In this document: piece after piece, positions 9,071 to 19,664 of the stretch
How positions within the stretch are numbered: the first letter of the stretch is position 1
Layout: each line of letters begins with the position of its first letter
Source: an uncultured bacterium
GTDB taxonomy: Bacteria > Verrucomicrobiota > Verrucomicrobiia > Limisphaerales > UBA8199
Assembly: GCA_963749495.1 (NCBI GenBank)
Contig: CAVVMW010000015.1
Location: 448,001 to 512,000, forward strand
Direction of reading: 5' to 3'
DNA length: 64,000 nt
The notes under the pieces: model-generated
The model's input: only the letters and a program-made list of their open reading frames with translations
Told to the model about the DNA's origin: nothing
Databases searched by the model: none
Program-made: the position numbers and the translations under genes

Positions 9071-10799
9071 TCAACGCGATTCCTCGCCCGGGGGTAATTG
9101 GTCAGTGAAGGCCTCGACGCACTCGTGGACGGACGGGAAGAAGCTCTCGGGGCCGAGTTCCTCGGCCAGGCCGATGCGTTCGAGCATGGCGCGCAGCGGG
9201 CGGTTGGCGTGGGCGATCTTGAGGGCCACGCCCTGCTGGCGCAGTTCGAGGTGAAGGCCGTGGAGGGCCTCGGCGGCGGTCACATCAATATCGGTGATGG
9301 CCTGGGCATCCAGGAGGAACCAGCGGACCTTCGCAGGGGCGGCGGCGATGAGTTGGCGGGCGCGCGCGACGAAATGGCCCGCATTGGAGAACATCAGCGG
9401 GGCATAGAAACGGTATGCGATTAGGCCGGGAACAGTCTGAGTGCCTTGCGCGCCGCCCAGGTCGTGGAAGCCGTGCCCGGGCACCGCGCTGAGCACGGCG
9501 TCAGGAGGACGCGAGATGCGATTGATGAGACCCAGGAGCGAGAGGGCGACGCCCAGCAGGATGCCCGGCACGACCCCAATGGCCAGCACACCCAGGGTGG
9601 TCAGGGCCGCCAACAGGCTGCTGCCGGGGAAACAGCGGTAGAGGCGGACCATCACGTCGAATTCGACGAGGTTGATGCCGCCGAAGATGAGCATGGCGGC
9701 CAGCGCGACCGCCGGCAGGCGCGCCATCGCGGGCGTGAGGAACCACAGGAAAAGCGCCAGGGCCACTGCGGCCACGAGGCTGGAGAGCTGTGTCTTTGCG
9801 CCGGCCATGTCGTTTATGGTCGTGCGGGCCTGGCTGCCCGTGACGGCGAATCCTTGGAAGAGCCCGGCGAACAGGTCCGCCAGCCCCAGGGCAGTCAACT
9901 CCTGGTTGGCGTCAACTTCATAGCCGTTTTTCTCGGCGAAGGCGCGAGCCAGGAGGATGCCCTCGGTATAGGTGAGCAGGGCAATGCCCATGGCCGCCGG
10001 CAGCAACGTGTGAATCTCATGCCAGTCCGTGAGCGGCACCCTGAATACCGGCAGGCCGCCGGGGAAACGGCCCACTACCGCCACGCCGTGCTGGTCGAGC
10101 CGAAAGAGGAACGTCGCCCCCATTGCCAGGACAAACGCCGCCAGGGCCGGCGGCACTTTGGGCGCCAGCCGCCGCAGCAGGAATAGCGCCCCCAGCAGAC
10201 CCAACCCGAAGCACAGCGTCAGCCGGTCCGTGTGCCCGAGCTTGCCAGGCCAGCTCGGCCAGCCGCGGGAAAAAGTCGCTGTGCTCCAACGGCACCCCGA
10301 AGAGCTTGTCGAGCTGGGAGCCGATGAGAATCAACGCCGCCCCGGTCATGTAGCCGACCAGGACCGGTTTGGACAAGAAATCGGCCACCGCGCCGACTTT
10401 GAACCGGGCGCCCAGCAACAACAGCAGGCCGCTCAGCAGGGCGACCGTCGAGGCCAGGGCCGCGGCGTGGGCCGGGTCGCCGTTTGCCAGCGGGCCAATC
10501 GCGCTCGCCACCAGGAGCGAGATGGCGATGTCCGGCCCGACGATGACGTGCCGGGAGCTGCCAAAGAGCGGATAGACCAACAGAGGCACCAGCGCCGCAT
10601 AAAGGCCGTGTTGCGGCGCAATACCCATCAGGCCCGCGTAAGCCACCACCGCCGGGATGAGGACCACGCACACGCTCAGGCCGGCCAGCAAGTCCGCCCG
10701 CAACCATTCGAGCCGGTACTGGCCCAGGAGCGCCAGGCCCGGCACCCACCGAGCAAGGCCGCCAGGCGGCGGCCCCGGGACTGGAGAGGTGGGAGGCAT
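9071..10799 (-). CDS. SulP-family anion transporter with STAS domain (frameshift near 10248)
   Basis: ADLLAGLSV...GLYAA...FGSSRHVIVGP in 10017-10799; NQELTALG and STAS (FLLDAQAITDIDVTA) in 9071-10204; one extra base. Confidence 0.9.
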
Positions 10800-10981
10800 G
10801 CGGGGAGTCAGTAGTCAGGTGGCCTCAGGCCCCGGTGGATACTCATATTGTATTAGCGGGAGCATTTGTGGCAGAATCATCCAGGACACGCAAGCGCCCG
10901 GGGCCCCGCCTGAAACCGCAAGCCCCTCTTGGGCGTCTGATCCGTGGAGCATTGAACAATAAACTTGGAAAGAGACAGATC

Positions 10982-12195
10982 ATGAACAAAACAAACCTGA
11001 TACGCCATGCCCTGCGGCTGTCTGGGGTGACGGTGGCCGGCATGGCCGCCATGGCAGCCCTGGCCCAACCGGCGCCGGAGTCGCCAGGACCACGGGACGT
11101 GAGCGAACAACGGGAGAACCTCGAACGTAAAGGAAGTGGCGAGAAGCCAGGCGAAGGCGGCCCTGAAGCGGGCCGGGCGGAATCCAGAGGCCAGCTCGAG
11201 AGAATGAGGGCGCACCTTGCGGAATTGCGCCAGCGGGAACAATCGGTGCGAGCGGAGGAGATGCAGGTCCGACGCCAACTCGAGGAGATGGAGAGCAGAC
11301 CGGGCGCAGGTGCCCGGCCCTCCGGCCCCCGTGGACCCGAAGGTATGACGGGCCTCGGGCCTGAAGGAAACCCGCCGAATCCGCCGATGGGGATGGGGAC
11401 ACCTGGGCCGCAACGGCGGCTGCAGCACCTCCAAGTGGCCATCGACAACCTTCACGCCGCTGGCCTGCACGAAATCGCGGACGCCCTGGCGTACCAGGCC
11501 CAGAGCATGCGGCAGCAGTTCGAACGCGGCCCCCGGCCGGGGATGCCGGGATTGGGGATGCCAGGACCGGGGATGCCGGGATTGGGGATGCCAGGACCGG
11601 GGATGCCGGGCCAGGGGATGCCAGGATCGGGCACGTCAGGCCAGGGGATGCCGGGACCGGGGATGCCAGGACCGGGGATGCCGGGGCCGGGGATGCCAGG
11701 ACCGGGGATGCCGGGGCCGGGGATGCCAGGACCGGGGATGCCGGGGCCGGGGATGCCAGGACCGGGGATGCCGGGGCCGGGGATGCCAGGACCGGGGATG
11801 CCAGGCCAGGGGATGCCAGGACCGGGGATGCCGGGGCCGGGGATGCCGGGGCCGGGGACGTTGGGGCCGGGGACGTCGGGGCCGGGGATGCCAGGCCAGG
11901 GGATGCCGGGGCCGGGGATGCCGGCCCGGGGATGCCAGGATCGGGCATGCCAGGACCGGGGATGCCGGGGCCGGGGATGCCAGGCCAGGGGATGCCAGGG
12001 CCGGGGATGTCGGGACCGGGGATGTCAGGCCCGGCGATGCCGGGACCGGGAATGCGAGGGCCGTGGATGCGCGGGCCGGGCGCTCCTCCCATCGCCCGCG
12101 AAATGCGCCAACTCCACCAGCAACTCCGGGACCTGCGCCAAGCGGTTGACGATCTGCGCCGCCGGTTGGATAAAATGGGCCGGGAGCGGCGCTGA
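10982..12195 (+). CDS. Exported protein with (GPGMP)n repeat and flanking coiled coils (1-bp deletion near 11925)
   Basis: Signal peptide ending AAMAALA-Q; HLQVAIDNLHAAG motif; repeat continues in ORF 11932-12195. Confidence 0.75.
11535..12075 (+). repeat. 15-bp tandem repeat, about 36 units (CCGGGGATGCCRGGR)
   Basis: Directly visible coding VNTR. Confidence 0.95.
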
Positions 12196-12216
12196 GCGGG
12201 CGATGTTAACGCGTGA

Positions 12217-12843
12217 CTACTTGCGCCTGGCCTTGGATTTGCCGGGGCCCTTTTGCCGGTCGAACGCCCCGCGCACCTTGGCCAGTTCGGCGCGGGTCTG
12301 CTCGAGTTGGTCCTGGGCCTGGCGGCGCGCCTGGTTGGCCTCGTCCAGTTGGCGGGTGCGGCGGCGCAGTTCCAGTTGGGAGGTCACGTGCCGGGCCAGG
12401 GTGCGCAGCGCCTCCTGCTGCTCGGCCTCCAGTTGGCGGGGCACCCGGTCCATCACGCACAACGTCCCCAGGGCGTAGCCGTCCGGCGTGACCAACGATG
12501 CGCCCGCGTAAAAGCGGATGCCGGGCTCGGTCCTCACGAGCGGGTTGGCGGCGAACCGCTCGTCCTTCGTGGCATCGGGCACGATGAAGAGATCGGGCTG
12601 GAGGATGGCGTGCGTGCAAAAGGAGATGTCGCGCGCCGTCTCGGTGAGCGTCGTCCCGACCTTGGACTTGAACCACTGCCGGTTCTCGTCCACCAGGCTG
12701 ATCAGGGCGATCGGCGCCCGGCAAATCCGGGCCGCCAGCGCCGTGAGGTCATCGAAGAGTTCCTCCGGGACGGTGTCCAGCACTTCGTATTGCCAGAGCA
12801 CCCGCAGACGTTGTTTCTCGCTGGGTGGGATGGGCGCGCGCAC
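12217..12843 (-). CDS. Stand-alone GAF-domain protein with C-terminal coiled coil
   Basis: LDTVPEELFDDLT...RQWFKS...SFCTHAI...DERFAANPLV...IRFYAG...GTLCVMD. Confidence 0.9.
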   Translation of the reverse strand: MRAPIPPSEKQRLRVLWQYEVLDTVPEELFDDLTALAARICRAPIALISLVDENRQWFKSKVGTTLTETARDISFCTHAILQPDLFIVPDATKDERFAANPLVRTEPGIRFYAGASLVTPDGYALGTLCVMDRVPRQLEAEQQEALRTLARHVTSQLELRRRTRQLDEANQARRQAQDQLEQTRAELAKVRGAFDRQKGPGKSKARRK

Positions 12844-12905
12844 ACCAAATACTGGGCGCGAATCTTATTCCGGCTCCGCGCCAAAGCAATCCTTTTTCCG
12901 CCCGG

Positions 12906-13649
12906 CTACATCGGATCACGGTTCGCGTCCTGGTAACTGATATAGCTGGCAGGCTCGCGGCCGATGGCCGCAAACCAAAAGGGACAATACGAGGCGGTCC
13001 AGATCGCGTCCCCCGCCCGGACCGGGTGCCAATCGGCGCCGAGCCGCAAGACACCCTGGCCGCGCAGGATGAGCAGGCCGTGCTCCGTCACCCGGGCCGC
13101 CACGGCGGGCAAGGCCCCGCCGGGTTCAAAGCTCAGGAGGTTCACGGCCATGTCGAACGCGGGGTCCGACGGCAGCAGCGCCTGCAGGCGCACCCAAGGA
13201 GCGCCGGCCAGGGCCTGCCCTTTGACCTCGCGCTCATGTGTGACAAAGGCGGCGGGCACCCCGGCCCCCGGCAAGGGCTGGTAGGGCTTCTGAAAAAGCA
13301 CCATGCGCGAGGCCGGGCCGGCGCCCTTGATCTGAACATCGCGCTCAGCGGGCACATAGGCAAAACTGCCGGGCTCCAGCCGATGCCGGCGGTCCTCGGC
13401 CTGGATGCTCGCGTTGCCCTCGAGCATGTAAAGGCTCAACTGGTTTCGGCCCGTATTGCCCTGGCACAGCCCGTCGGCCTGCAGCGTGACCAGGAATTGG
13501 CAGAACCGCGCCCCCAGCGTCGGCGAGACCGGGACGTGGCAAAGGGCCTTTTCCCAGCCGGGCAACAGGCTCGGCGCCAGGCTCCCGGGCGGCAGCACCG
13601 CATAATCGCGCGTCACAACAACGCGAGTAGAATCAAAAAAGTCCTTCAT
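12906..13649 (-). CDS. allE: (S)-ureidoglycine aminohydrolase-like bicupin
   Basis: LPGWEKA...FDMAVNLLSFEPG...EHGLLILRGQG...GDAIW.ASYCPFW...Y.D.NR; start ATG at 13649. Confidence 0.75.
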   Translation of the reverse strand: MKDFFDSTRVVVTRDYAVLPPGSLAPSLLPGWEKALCHVPVSPTLGARFCQFLVTLQADGLCQGNTGRNQLSLYMLEGNASIQAEDRRHRLEPGSFAYVPAERDVQIKGAGPASRMVLFQKPYQPLPGAGVPAAFVTHEREVKGQALAGAPWVRLQALLPSDPAFDMAVNLLSFEPGGALPAVAARVTEHGLLILRGQGVLRLGADWHPVRAGDAIWTASYCPFWFAAIGREPASYISYQDANRDPM

Positions 13650-13650
13650 T

Positions 13651-14031
13651 AGAGGGTCGAGGGTCGAGGGTTGAGGGTCGAGGGGCGAGATAGCCGATAG
13701 GCAATAGCCAATAGCCGAGGGGCGCGGGGCGAGGGGCGAGATAGCCGATAGGCAATAGCCAATAGCCGAGGGGGCGAGGGGCGAGGGGCGAGATAGCCGA
13801 TAGGCAATAGCCCATAGCCGAGGGGGCGAGGGGCGAGGGGCGAGATAGCCGATAGGCAATAGCCCATAGCCGAGGGGGCGAGGGGCGAGGGGCGAGAGTT
13901 CATTCGTCATTCGTCATTCGTCATTCGTCATTCGTCATTCGTCATTCATCCGCCCACTCCAAACCCGCTCGTTTTCACCCTGGCGCCCGCTCGCGTCTCA
14001 TTCCGCACTCCGCATTCCGCACTCCGCACTC
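13651..14031. repeat. Composite heptamer arrays between recR and allE
   Basis: (AGGGTCG)n; four copies of a 51-52-bp unit built from GAGGGGC and ATAGCCG; (TTCGTCA)x6-7; (CCGCACT)n. Confidence 0.9.
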
Positions 14032-14032
14032 C

Positions 14033-14632
14033 CTACATCTCCCGCCGCCCTTCCAAAGCTCGGCTCAGGGTCAGCTCATCGGCGAACTCCAGGCCCGTGC
14101 CTGCCGGCAGGCCGTGGGCGATGCGGCTGATCTTCAGCCCCGGACGCGCCAGCCGCTTGGCCAGGTAAAAGCCGGTCGCGTCGCCCTCGACGTCCGTGCC
14201 CAGCGCAATCACGATCTCCCGGATCGGCTCCAGCCCCAGGCGGGTCTCCAACTGGGCGATGCGCAGGTCCTCCGGCTCGACGCCGTTGAGGGGTGAAATC
14301 TTGCCGCCCAGCACGTGGTACTTGCCGCCGAACGTCCCGGACTTCTCGATGCTCAGGATATCGACCGGCCGCTCGACGACACACACCAGCGAGGCATCGC
14401 GCCGCGGGTCGTTGCAAACCGGACAAGGAGACTGCTCGGTGAGCGCGCCGCAGACCTCGCACAGCCTGACCCGCTTGCGCGCACTCAAAAGGGCGTCGGC
14501 CAACTGCTGAACCGCCCCCGACTCCGCTTGCACCAGGTGCAAGGCGATGCGCTCGGCCGAACGCGGCCCGATGCCGGGCAACCGGCTCAGCGCCCCGATT
14601 AACGACGTGATTGGCTCAGGCAATGCGGCCAT
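14033..14632 (-). CDS. recR: Recombination mediator RecR
   Basis: LPGIGPRSAERIA, C4 zinc finger, Toprim YHVLGG, EFADELTL. Confidence 0.97.
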   Translation of the reverse strand: MAALPEPITSLIGALSRLPGIGPRSAERIALHLVQAESGAVQQLADALLSARKRVRLCEVCGALTEQSPCPVCNDPRRDASLVCVVERPVDILSIEKSGTFGGKYHVLGGKISPLNGVEPEDLRIAQLETRLGLEPIREIVIALGTDVEGDATGFYLAKRLARPGLKISRIAHGLPAGTGLEFADELTLSRALEGRREM

Positions 14633-14667
14633 GGTGTTACGTTCGCAGCATCTTGGGCAGGCAGCGC

Positions 14668-14748
14668 GTGAAGCGTGAAACGTGAAACGTGAAACGTGAA
14701 CCCGTTCGCACGCGCTGACCTTTCACGTTTCACGTTTCACGTTTCACG
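14668..14748. repeat. Inverted heptamer arrays (GTGAAAC)n/(GTTTCAC)n
   Basis: Direct reading; ybaB-recR spacer. Confidence 0.9.
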
Positions 14749-14752
14749 CTCC

Positions 14753-15070
14753 TCACGTTCCCATCAGCCCCGGCAGACTGAACCCGGCGGTGATCTTGTT
14801 CATCTCGGCGCTGGAGATTTCCTTGGCCTGGCCCAGGGCCTGGTTGGCCGCCGTGAGGATCAGGTCCTCGAGCAACTGGGCATCCGCCGGGTTGATCGCC
14901 TGCGGGTCGATCTTGATCGAGGCCACCGTGCCGTCGCACTTGGCCACCACCTTGACCGCCCCGCCGCCGCTGGTCGCCTCGACGGTGCGGCTGGCGAGGC
15001 TGGCCTGGAGTTGTTCCACCTGTTGCTGCATGCGCGCAGCCTGTTTGACGATTTTGCCGATGCTGGACAT
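14753..15070 (-). CDS. ybaB: Nucleoid-associated protein YbaB/EbfC
   Basis: ATSGGGAVKV...IKIDP...LEDLILTAANQA; dnaX-ybaB-recR synteny. Confidence 0.95.
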   Translation of the reverse strand: MSSIGKIVKQAARMQQQVEQLQASLASRTVEATSGGGAVKVVAKCDGTVASIKIDPQAINPADAQLLEDLILTAANQALGQAKEISSAEMNKITAGFSLPGLMGT

Positions 15071-15105
15071 AGCTTGCTCTGTTGTCTGTGTTATCTCCCG
15101 TTCAC

Positions 15106-16935
15106 TCAGGCGCGGACTTCCACGATTTGGCCTTTGAAGATTTCGAGGGCCTTCTGGATGAGCGGGTCGTTCTTGAAATCGTCCTTGCTGAACGGGATGG
15201 GAGCCGGCTTCGGCTTGGTGGGCGTGGCGCCGGGCGCCGCCGTGGGCGGCGCGGTCCCGGCGGGGGGCGGGCCGGCCGGGAGGCTGGGCGCAGGCTCGGG
15301 CGCCAAGGCGGGCGTGGGCGCCGCGGCGCTCGCCGGCGCCTGGGCCTTGACGAACTTGAATTGCACGTTGGGATGGCCCAATTCGAGCAGCTTGGTTTGC
15401 AGCAGCGTGTGGGTGCGCGCCACGTCCACCAGGCCGATATGGTTCTCGAACTCGGGGTCGAAGCCGATCGTGAACAGGTTCTTGCTGAACGAGACGGGGT
15501 GCGCCTCCAGCAGATAGGTGCGGGTGAACGGACTGGCCCGGCCAAGGGCCTCGAGCAGCCTGGCCCAGAGCGCGTGGAGGTCTCCGGCCGCCGCGGGCAG
15601 GGCAGGGGCGCTGGTCTCGCGCATTTCACCTGCGCCCGCGGGCGCAGGCCCCGCTGCGGGCCTGGCCAGGTTCGGCTCCGCGCGGGCAGCAGCCGGGGGC
15701 GCCGCGCCGGGGGCGAACTGGGCCCGGAAGGGGCTCGGCCCGGGCGCCGAGGCCGGGGCCGGGGCTGGGAGGCTGACGACCTCGCCGCCTGCGGATTGGT
15801 TGCGCAGCGCCTGGAGTTGCTTGAGGAGAGTCTCGATGCTCACGGCCGCGCGGGCCTCGATGGCCTTGAGCAAGGCGACTTCGACCAGGATCCGCTTCGA
15901 GCTGGTGTCGCGCAGGCGCAGGTCGGCGTCGCCCAGGACCTCAAGGATGCGCGTGAGCCCTTCCGTGTTGGCCAGCTTTGCCTGCTCAGCCAGCACGGCC
16001 GCCTCAGCCTCGGCCACCTCGATCAACGTCATGTCTCCGCGCGACACCTGGAAGATGAGCAGGTTGCGGAAGTGGTTCAGCAAATCAGCCAGGAGCCGGG
16101 CCAGGTCTTTGCCGCGGCACGCCAGGTCGTTCAATTGCCGGAGCGCGCCTTCGACCTCGCCCGACAGCACCGCCCCGGAGAGGTCCAAGAGCTGTTTGGG
16201 GGCCGTCAGGCCGAACATCGAGAGCACGTCCGCCTCCTGGATCTGCTCGCCGCAGAAGCTGATGAGCTGGTCCAGGGCCGATTGCGCGTCACGCATCCCG
16301 CCTTCGGCGCCCCGCGCCATGGCATAAAGGGCTGCCGGCTCGACCTGGACCTTCTCCTTGCGGGCAATCTCGTCCAGATGCTTGACGATGAGCGCCGCCG
16401 GGATGCGCCGCAGGTCGAACCGCTGGCACCTCGACAGGATCGTCGGCAGGACCTTCTCCGGCTCGGTCGTGGCGAACATGAACTTCACATGGCCCGGGGG
16501 CTCTTCCAGGGTCTTGAGCAGGGCATTGAAGGCCTCCTTGGTGAGCATGTGGACTTCGTCGATGATATAGACCCTGAACTTCGAGGCGGCCGGGGCGTAA
16601 TTGACCGTCTCGCGCAGGCCGCGGATTTCATCGATGCCGCGGTTGCTGGCAGCGTCGATTTCCAGCACGTCCAGCGAGCGGCCTTCGGCAATCTCCACGC
16701 ATCGCGGGTCGTGCTCGTCGAAATCCACCTTCGGACCGCCGGTGGCATTGAGGCACTTGGCGAAGATCCGGGCGATGGTAGTCTTGCCGGTGCCGCGCGG
16801 CCCGCAAAACAAGTAGGCGTGCGCGATCCGATTCTGTTGGATGGCGTGGACCAGCGTCTGCGTGACGTGCTCCTGGCCCACCACCTCGCTGAACCGCTGC
16901 GGGCGGTACTTCCGGGCTATGACTTGATAGGACAT
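15106..16935 (-). CDS. dnaX: DNA polymerase III subunit gamma/tau
   Basis: ARKYRPQRF, GPRGTGKTT, EIDAASNRG, IIDEVHML, NALLKTLEEPP, TILSRC. Confidence 0.98.
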   Translation of the reverse strand: MSYQVIARKYRPQRFSEVVGQEHVTQTLVHAIQQNRIAHAYLFCGPRGTGKTTIARIFAKCLNATGGPKVDFDEHDPRCVEIAEGRSLDVLEIDAASNRGIDEIRGLRETVNYAPAASKFRVYIIDEVHMLTKEAFNALLKTLEEPPGHVKFMFATTEPEKVLPTILSRCQRFDLRRIPAALIVKHLDEIARKEKVQVEPAALYAMARGAEGGMRDAQSALDQLISFCGEQIQEADVLSMFGLTAPKQLLDLSGAVLSGEVEGALRQLNDLACRGKDLARLLADLLNHFRNLLIFQVSRGDMTLIEVAEAEAAVLAEQAKLANTEGLTRILEVLGDADLRLRDTSSKRILVEVALLKAIEARAAVSIETLLKQLQALRNQSAGGEVVSLPAPAPASAPGPSPFRAQFAPGAAPPAAARAEPNLARPAAGPAPAGAGEMRETSAPALPAAAGDLHALWARLLEALGRASPFTRTYLLEAHPVSFSKNLFTIGFDPEFENHIGLVDVARTHTLLQTKLLELGHPNVQFKFVKAQAPASAAAPTPALAPEPAPSLPAGPPPAGTAPPTAAPGATPTKPKPAPIPFSKDDFKNDPLIQKALEIFKGQIVEVRA

Positions 16936-16957
16936 TTTCGATCGGCCTGGTGCAAAA

Positions 16958-17053
16958 GTGCCAGGGTGACCACGGCAGACGCGGAGCAGACTGCCGTTGC
17001 TGCCTTCCGGCCCTGGCGGGGTTCGTGAGTCCGCATTCCATGGGCCCTGGCAC
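16958..17053 (-). ncRNA. ffs: Signal recognition particle RNA (4.5S)
   Basis: CCAGGGCCGGAAGGCAGCAACGG domain-IV motif; terminal helix GTGCCAGGG/CCCTGGCAC; upstream of dnaX. Confidence 0.92.
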
Positions 17054-17082
17054 GGCCAATGTGCCGCAGGAGTTAGGCCGCT

Positions 17083-18150
17083 TCAAGCAGAAATGATCTC
17101 GGCCCAGCCGTGGGCGTCGCGGACGGCGATCATGGCGCGGAGGATGTCGTTCCAGGTCTGCTGCCGGAGCATGACGGCGTTGGGGAACATGCAGCCGTCC
17201 CAGCACAGGTGGCGCATGGACCTGGCCGGTTGGCCGTCCTGGCCGCGCAGCCAATAGCCGGCATGATGAGTAATGTCGAGCTTGCCGTTGGGGTCGCCGG
17301 GCAGGCAATGGTGGCCCGTCTTGTCGTGCGTGCCTGAGCCGTGGACCGTCGCGTCGTTCTGCGCCACGTGAAAATCAATGGTCCATGGCCGCAACGCGGC
17401 AGTGAGCGTTGCCATGGCGGCATCGAGCCGGCCCGGGTCCGACCAATCCCAATCGGGGCTGAGGATGGCGTCCTCCGGGGCGTTGTAGCCCAGGATATAG
17501 AGCAGCGTATGGGCCATGTCGGCTTGGAAACCGAGCGTCTTGGGCCGGTTGACTCGCTCGAGCAGGGCGGCCATGTGCCGCCAACTGTGCATGCCGCCCC
17601 AGCAGATCTCGCCTTCGGCCGCCAGCCGTTCGCCAAAATCCTCCGCCACCAGGCAGGCCTCGGTGAACGTCTGCGCGATTCTCCCCTGGTTGCCCGTGGG
17701 GTCCTTGGCCCACTCGGCAACACCGCACGCCGAATCGATCCGCACCACGCCGTAGGGGCGGGCGCCCAATTCCCGCAGCCTCTGGCCGATGCGACAGGCC
17801 TTCCGCACCTGGCCCACGAATCGCTTGCGGTCCTCCGCATTGCCCAGGGCGGGACCGCCGCCCGTCGGACCCCACACCGGCGCCACCACCGAGCCGACCA
17901 CAAACCCCTTGGCCCGCACCTTGTCCGCCAGCCGCTTGACCCCATCGTCATCGCACTCGATGCTCAGATGCGGGTCGAAGAGGAACAAATCGACCCCGTC
18001 AAACCGCGTGCCCTCCACCTCGGCCTTGGCCGTCAGATCCAGCATGGTGTCCAGGTCGATGCTTGGTTCAGCCCCAGGGCTGCCCTTGCCGACCAGGCCC
18101 GGCCACATGGCGTTGTGCAGCTTTGGATAACTGTTGCATTGCGCGCTCAT
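17083..18150 (-). CDS. Xylose isomerase-like TIM-barrel sugar isomerase/epimerase
   Basis: [32 protein letters not shown]. Confidence 0.85.
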   Translation of the reverse strand: MSAQCNSYPKLHNAMWPGLVGKGSPGAEPSIDLDTMLDLTAKAEVEGTRFDGVDLFLFDPHLSIECDDDGVKRLADKVRAKGFVVGSVVAPVWGPTGGGPALGNAEDRKRFVGQVRKACRIGQRLRELGARPYGVVRIDSACGVAEWAKDPTGNQGRIAQTFTEACLVAEDFGERLAAEGEICWGGMHSWRHMAALLERVNRPKTLGFQADMAHTLLYILGYNAPEDAILSPDWDWSDPGRLDAAMATLTAALRPWTIDFHVAQNDATVHGSGTHDKTGHHCLPGDPNGKLDITHHAGYWLRGQDGQPARSMRHLCWDGCMFPNAVMLRQQTWNDILRAMIAVRDAHGWAEIISA

Positions 18151-18229
18151 AAATCAGTTCGTTTGGAAGATGTGCCCAAACCATGCAAGACATTCCCCTG
18201 TGGAGCAATCACAATTTAGCCTTTAGCCT

Positions 18230-19549
18230 TTAGCCTTTTCTGAGCACCACCACCCGGTTGGTGTTCGTGCCCTTGGCCATATTGCTGACGCCCCAGCAGT
18301 TGGCGGTCTTGGTGAACTGCTGGTCGTTGATGAGGACCAGGACCGGTTCGAGCCCGGCGGCGGCGGCGCAGGGCAGGACGGCCTGCTCGAGCCGGGTCTT
18401 GCCGCGATGGACCTCGCCCACCTCGAAGGCCACGTGGCCGCCGGGGGCCAGGACGCGGCGTAACTCCCCGAACACGTCGGTCATGGCCGCCTGCCAGTCG
18501 TGTAGTTTGCTGGGCACCGTCAGGGGCACCGAGGCGGCATCGATGCCCAGGAACCAGCAGCGCAGCCAATTGTCTGTGGCATAACCCACCACATCGAGAA
18601 AGGGCGGCGAGGTGACCACCAGCGAGACGGAGCGGTCCGGGATGGCGGGCGTGCGCGCGGCGTGCGCGGTCAACAGGAGCGAGCGGGCGGCGGCGGCGGC
18701 CAGGCGGGCGCGCGTGGCGGCATCGCAGTCGCGGAGCAAGTGGCGGCTCTTTTTGAGGATCAAAGCCGGCACCTGGCGCAGCGGCGGGGTTTGTTTGCGC
18801 CGGGCGTTGATTCGCTGCTGGGACTGGATTGAGACCGCCTGGTTGGGCGGCAGGGTATAGACCGAGAAGAACCCGGGAGAATGGCCCGTCAAGCGGTTGA
18901 GCGCCAGCAGGCAAATCCACTCGTCCACCGCATCCAGCGAATGGGTCCGGCGGCGTCCGAGCAGGTATCTCTTGAGCGCGGCGATGGCGCGCAACGTAGC
19001 GGGGTGATAAAAAACCAGCAAAGAGTCCGGGACCTGGGCGGGCGCGGCAAAATCGATTTCACCCAGGCGCCGGGCCACCTGGTCCTGGAAGGGCGGGCGC
19101 AACCGCGGCCCCGCCAGCACGGCGCTCAGTGGGTTCAGGTCGCACCCCAAGGGCGTCCGCCCCAACAGCGCCGCTTCCAGCACCGTCGTGCCCCGGCCCA
19201 TGAACGGGTCATAAACCGCCTGGCCGGGCCGGGTCAGGCGCTCGATAAAGAACCTGGGCAACTGCGGCTTGAAACAAGCCCGATAGGAGATCTCGTGGAG
19301 CGAATGGGCCTGGCGCTGCCGGGCTGTCCAGAACTCGTTCACGAATGTCGGGACTTGGCGCGCCTGGCCGCCGGGCCCCGTGTAGGGGGTCGTCAACCGG
19401 CGCGTCGCCCGTCCAAACTCGTGAAAGTCCTCCAACTCCTCGATCCAGGAGGGCCGCGGGCCCCGCCTGCGAGTCGAGGCAGGCACGGGCCGGGCTTCCG
19501 GGCTTGGGCTCCCGGGATTCCGGGGACGGATGCGGGTTGGGCGCTTCAT
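18230..19549 (-). CDS. Orphan amino-DNA methyltransferase (N4-C/N6-A type)
   Basis: Motif I YDPFMGRGTT, motif IV VTSPPF; start uncertain. Confidence 0.85.
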   Translation of the reverse strand: MKRPTRIRPRNPGSPSPEARPVPASTRRRGPRPSWIEELEDFHEFGRATRRLTTPYTGPGGQARQVPTFVNEFWTARQRQAHSLHEISYRACFKPQLPRFFIERLTRPGQAVYDPFMGRGTTVLEAALLGRTPLGCDLNPLSAVLAGPRLRPPFQDQVARRLGEIDFAAPAQVPDSLLVFYHPATLRAIAALKRYLLGRRRTHSLDAVDEWICLLALNRLTGHSPGFFSVYTLPPNQAVSIQSQQRINARRKQTPPLRQVPALILKKSRHLLRDCDAATRARLAAAAARSLLLTAHAARTPAIPDRSVSLVVTSPPFLDVVGYATDNWLRCWFLGIDAASVPLTVPSKLHDWQAAMTDVFGELRRVLAPGGHVAFEVGEVHRGKTRLEQAVLPCAAAAGLEPVLVLINDQQFTKTANCWGVSNMAKGTNTNRVVVLRKG

Positions 19550-19664
19550 CAGGCGCCGCCTAGCACAGCAGCTTTGCCCGCCTTGCGCAATGCCAATTCG
19601 GGGCGCATTCCGCCTTGCCGGGAGGGCCGTTGACAGAGCCGTAGCGCAGGTTTCCAAACCTGCT

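Noticed and set aside
13680..13898. 52-bp repeat array as a CRISPR
   Set aside because: No unique spacers, units are built from heptamers, and no cas genes are in the window.
15106..16935. Programmed -1 frameshift in dnaX
   Set aside because: No slippery A-tract found on the coding strand.
15082..17028. Long antisense ORFs (also 21958-23463, 36471-38195, 55519-58344)
   Set aside because: Shadows of real genes in high-GC DNA; no recognisable motifs.
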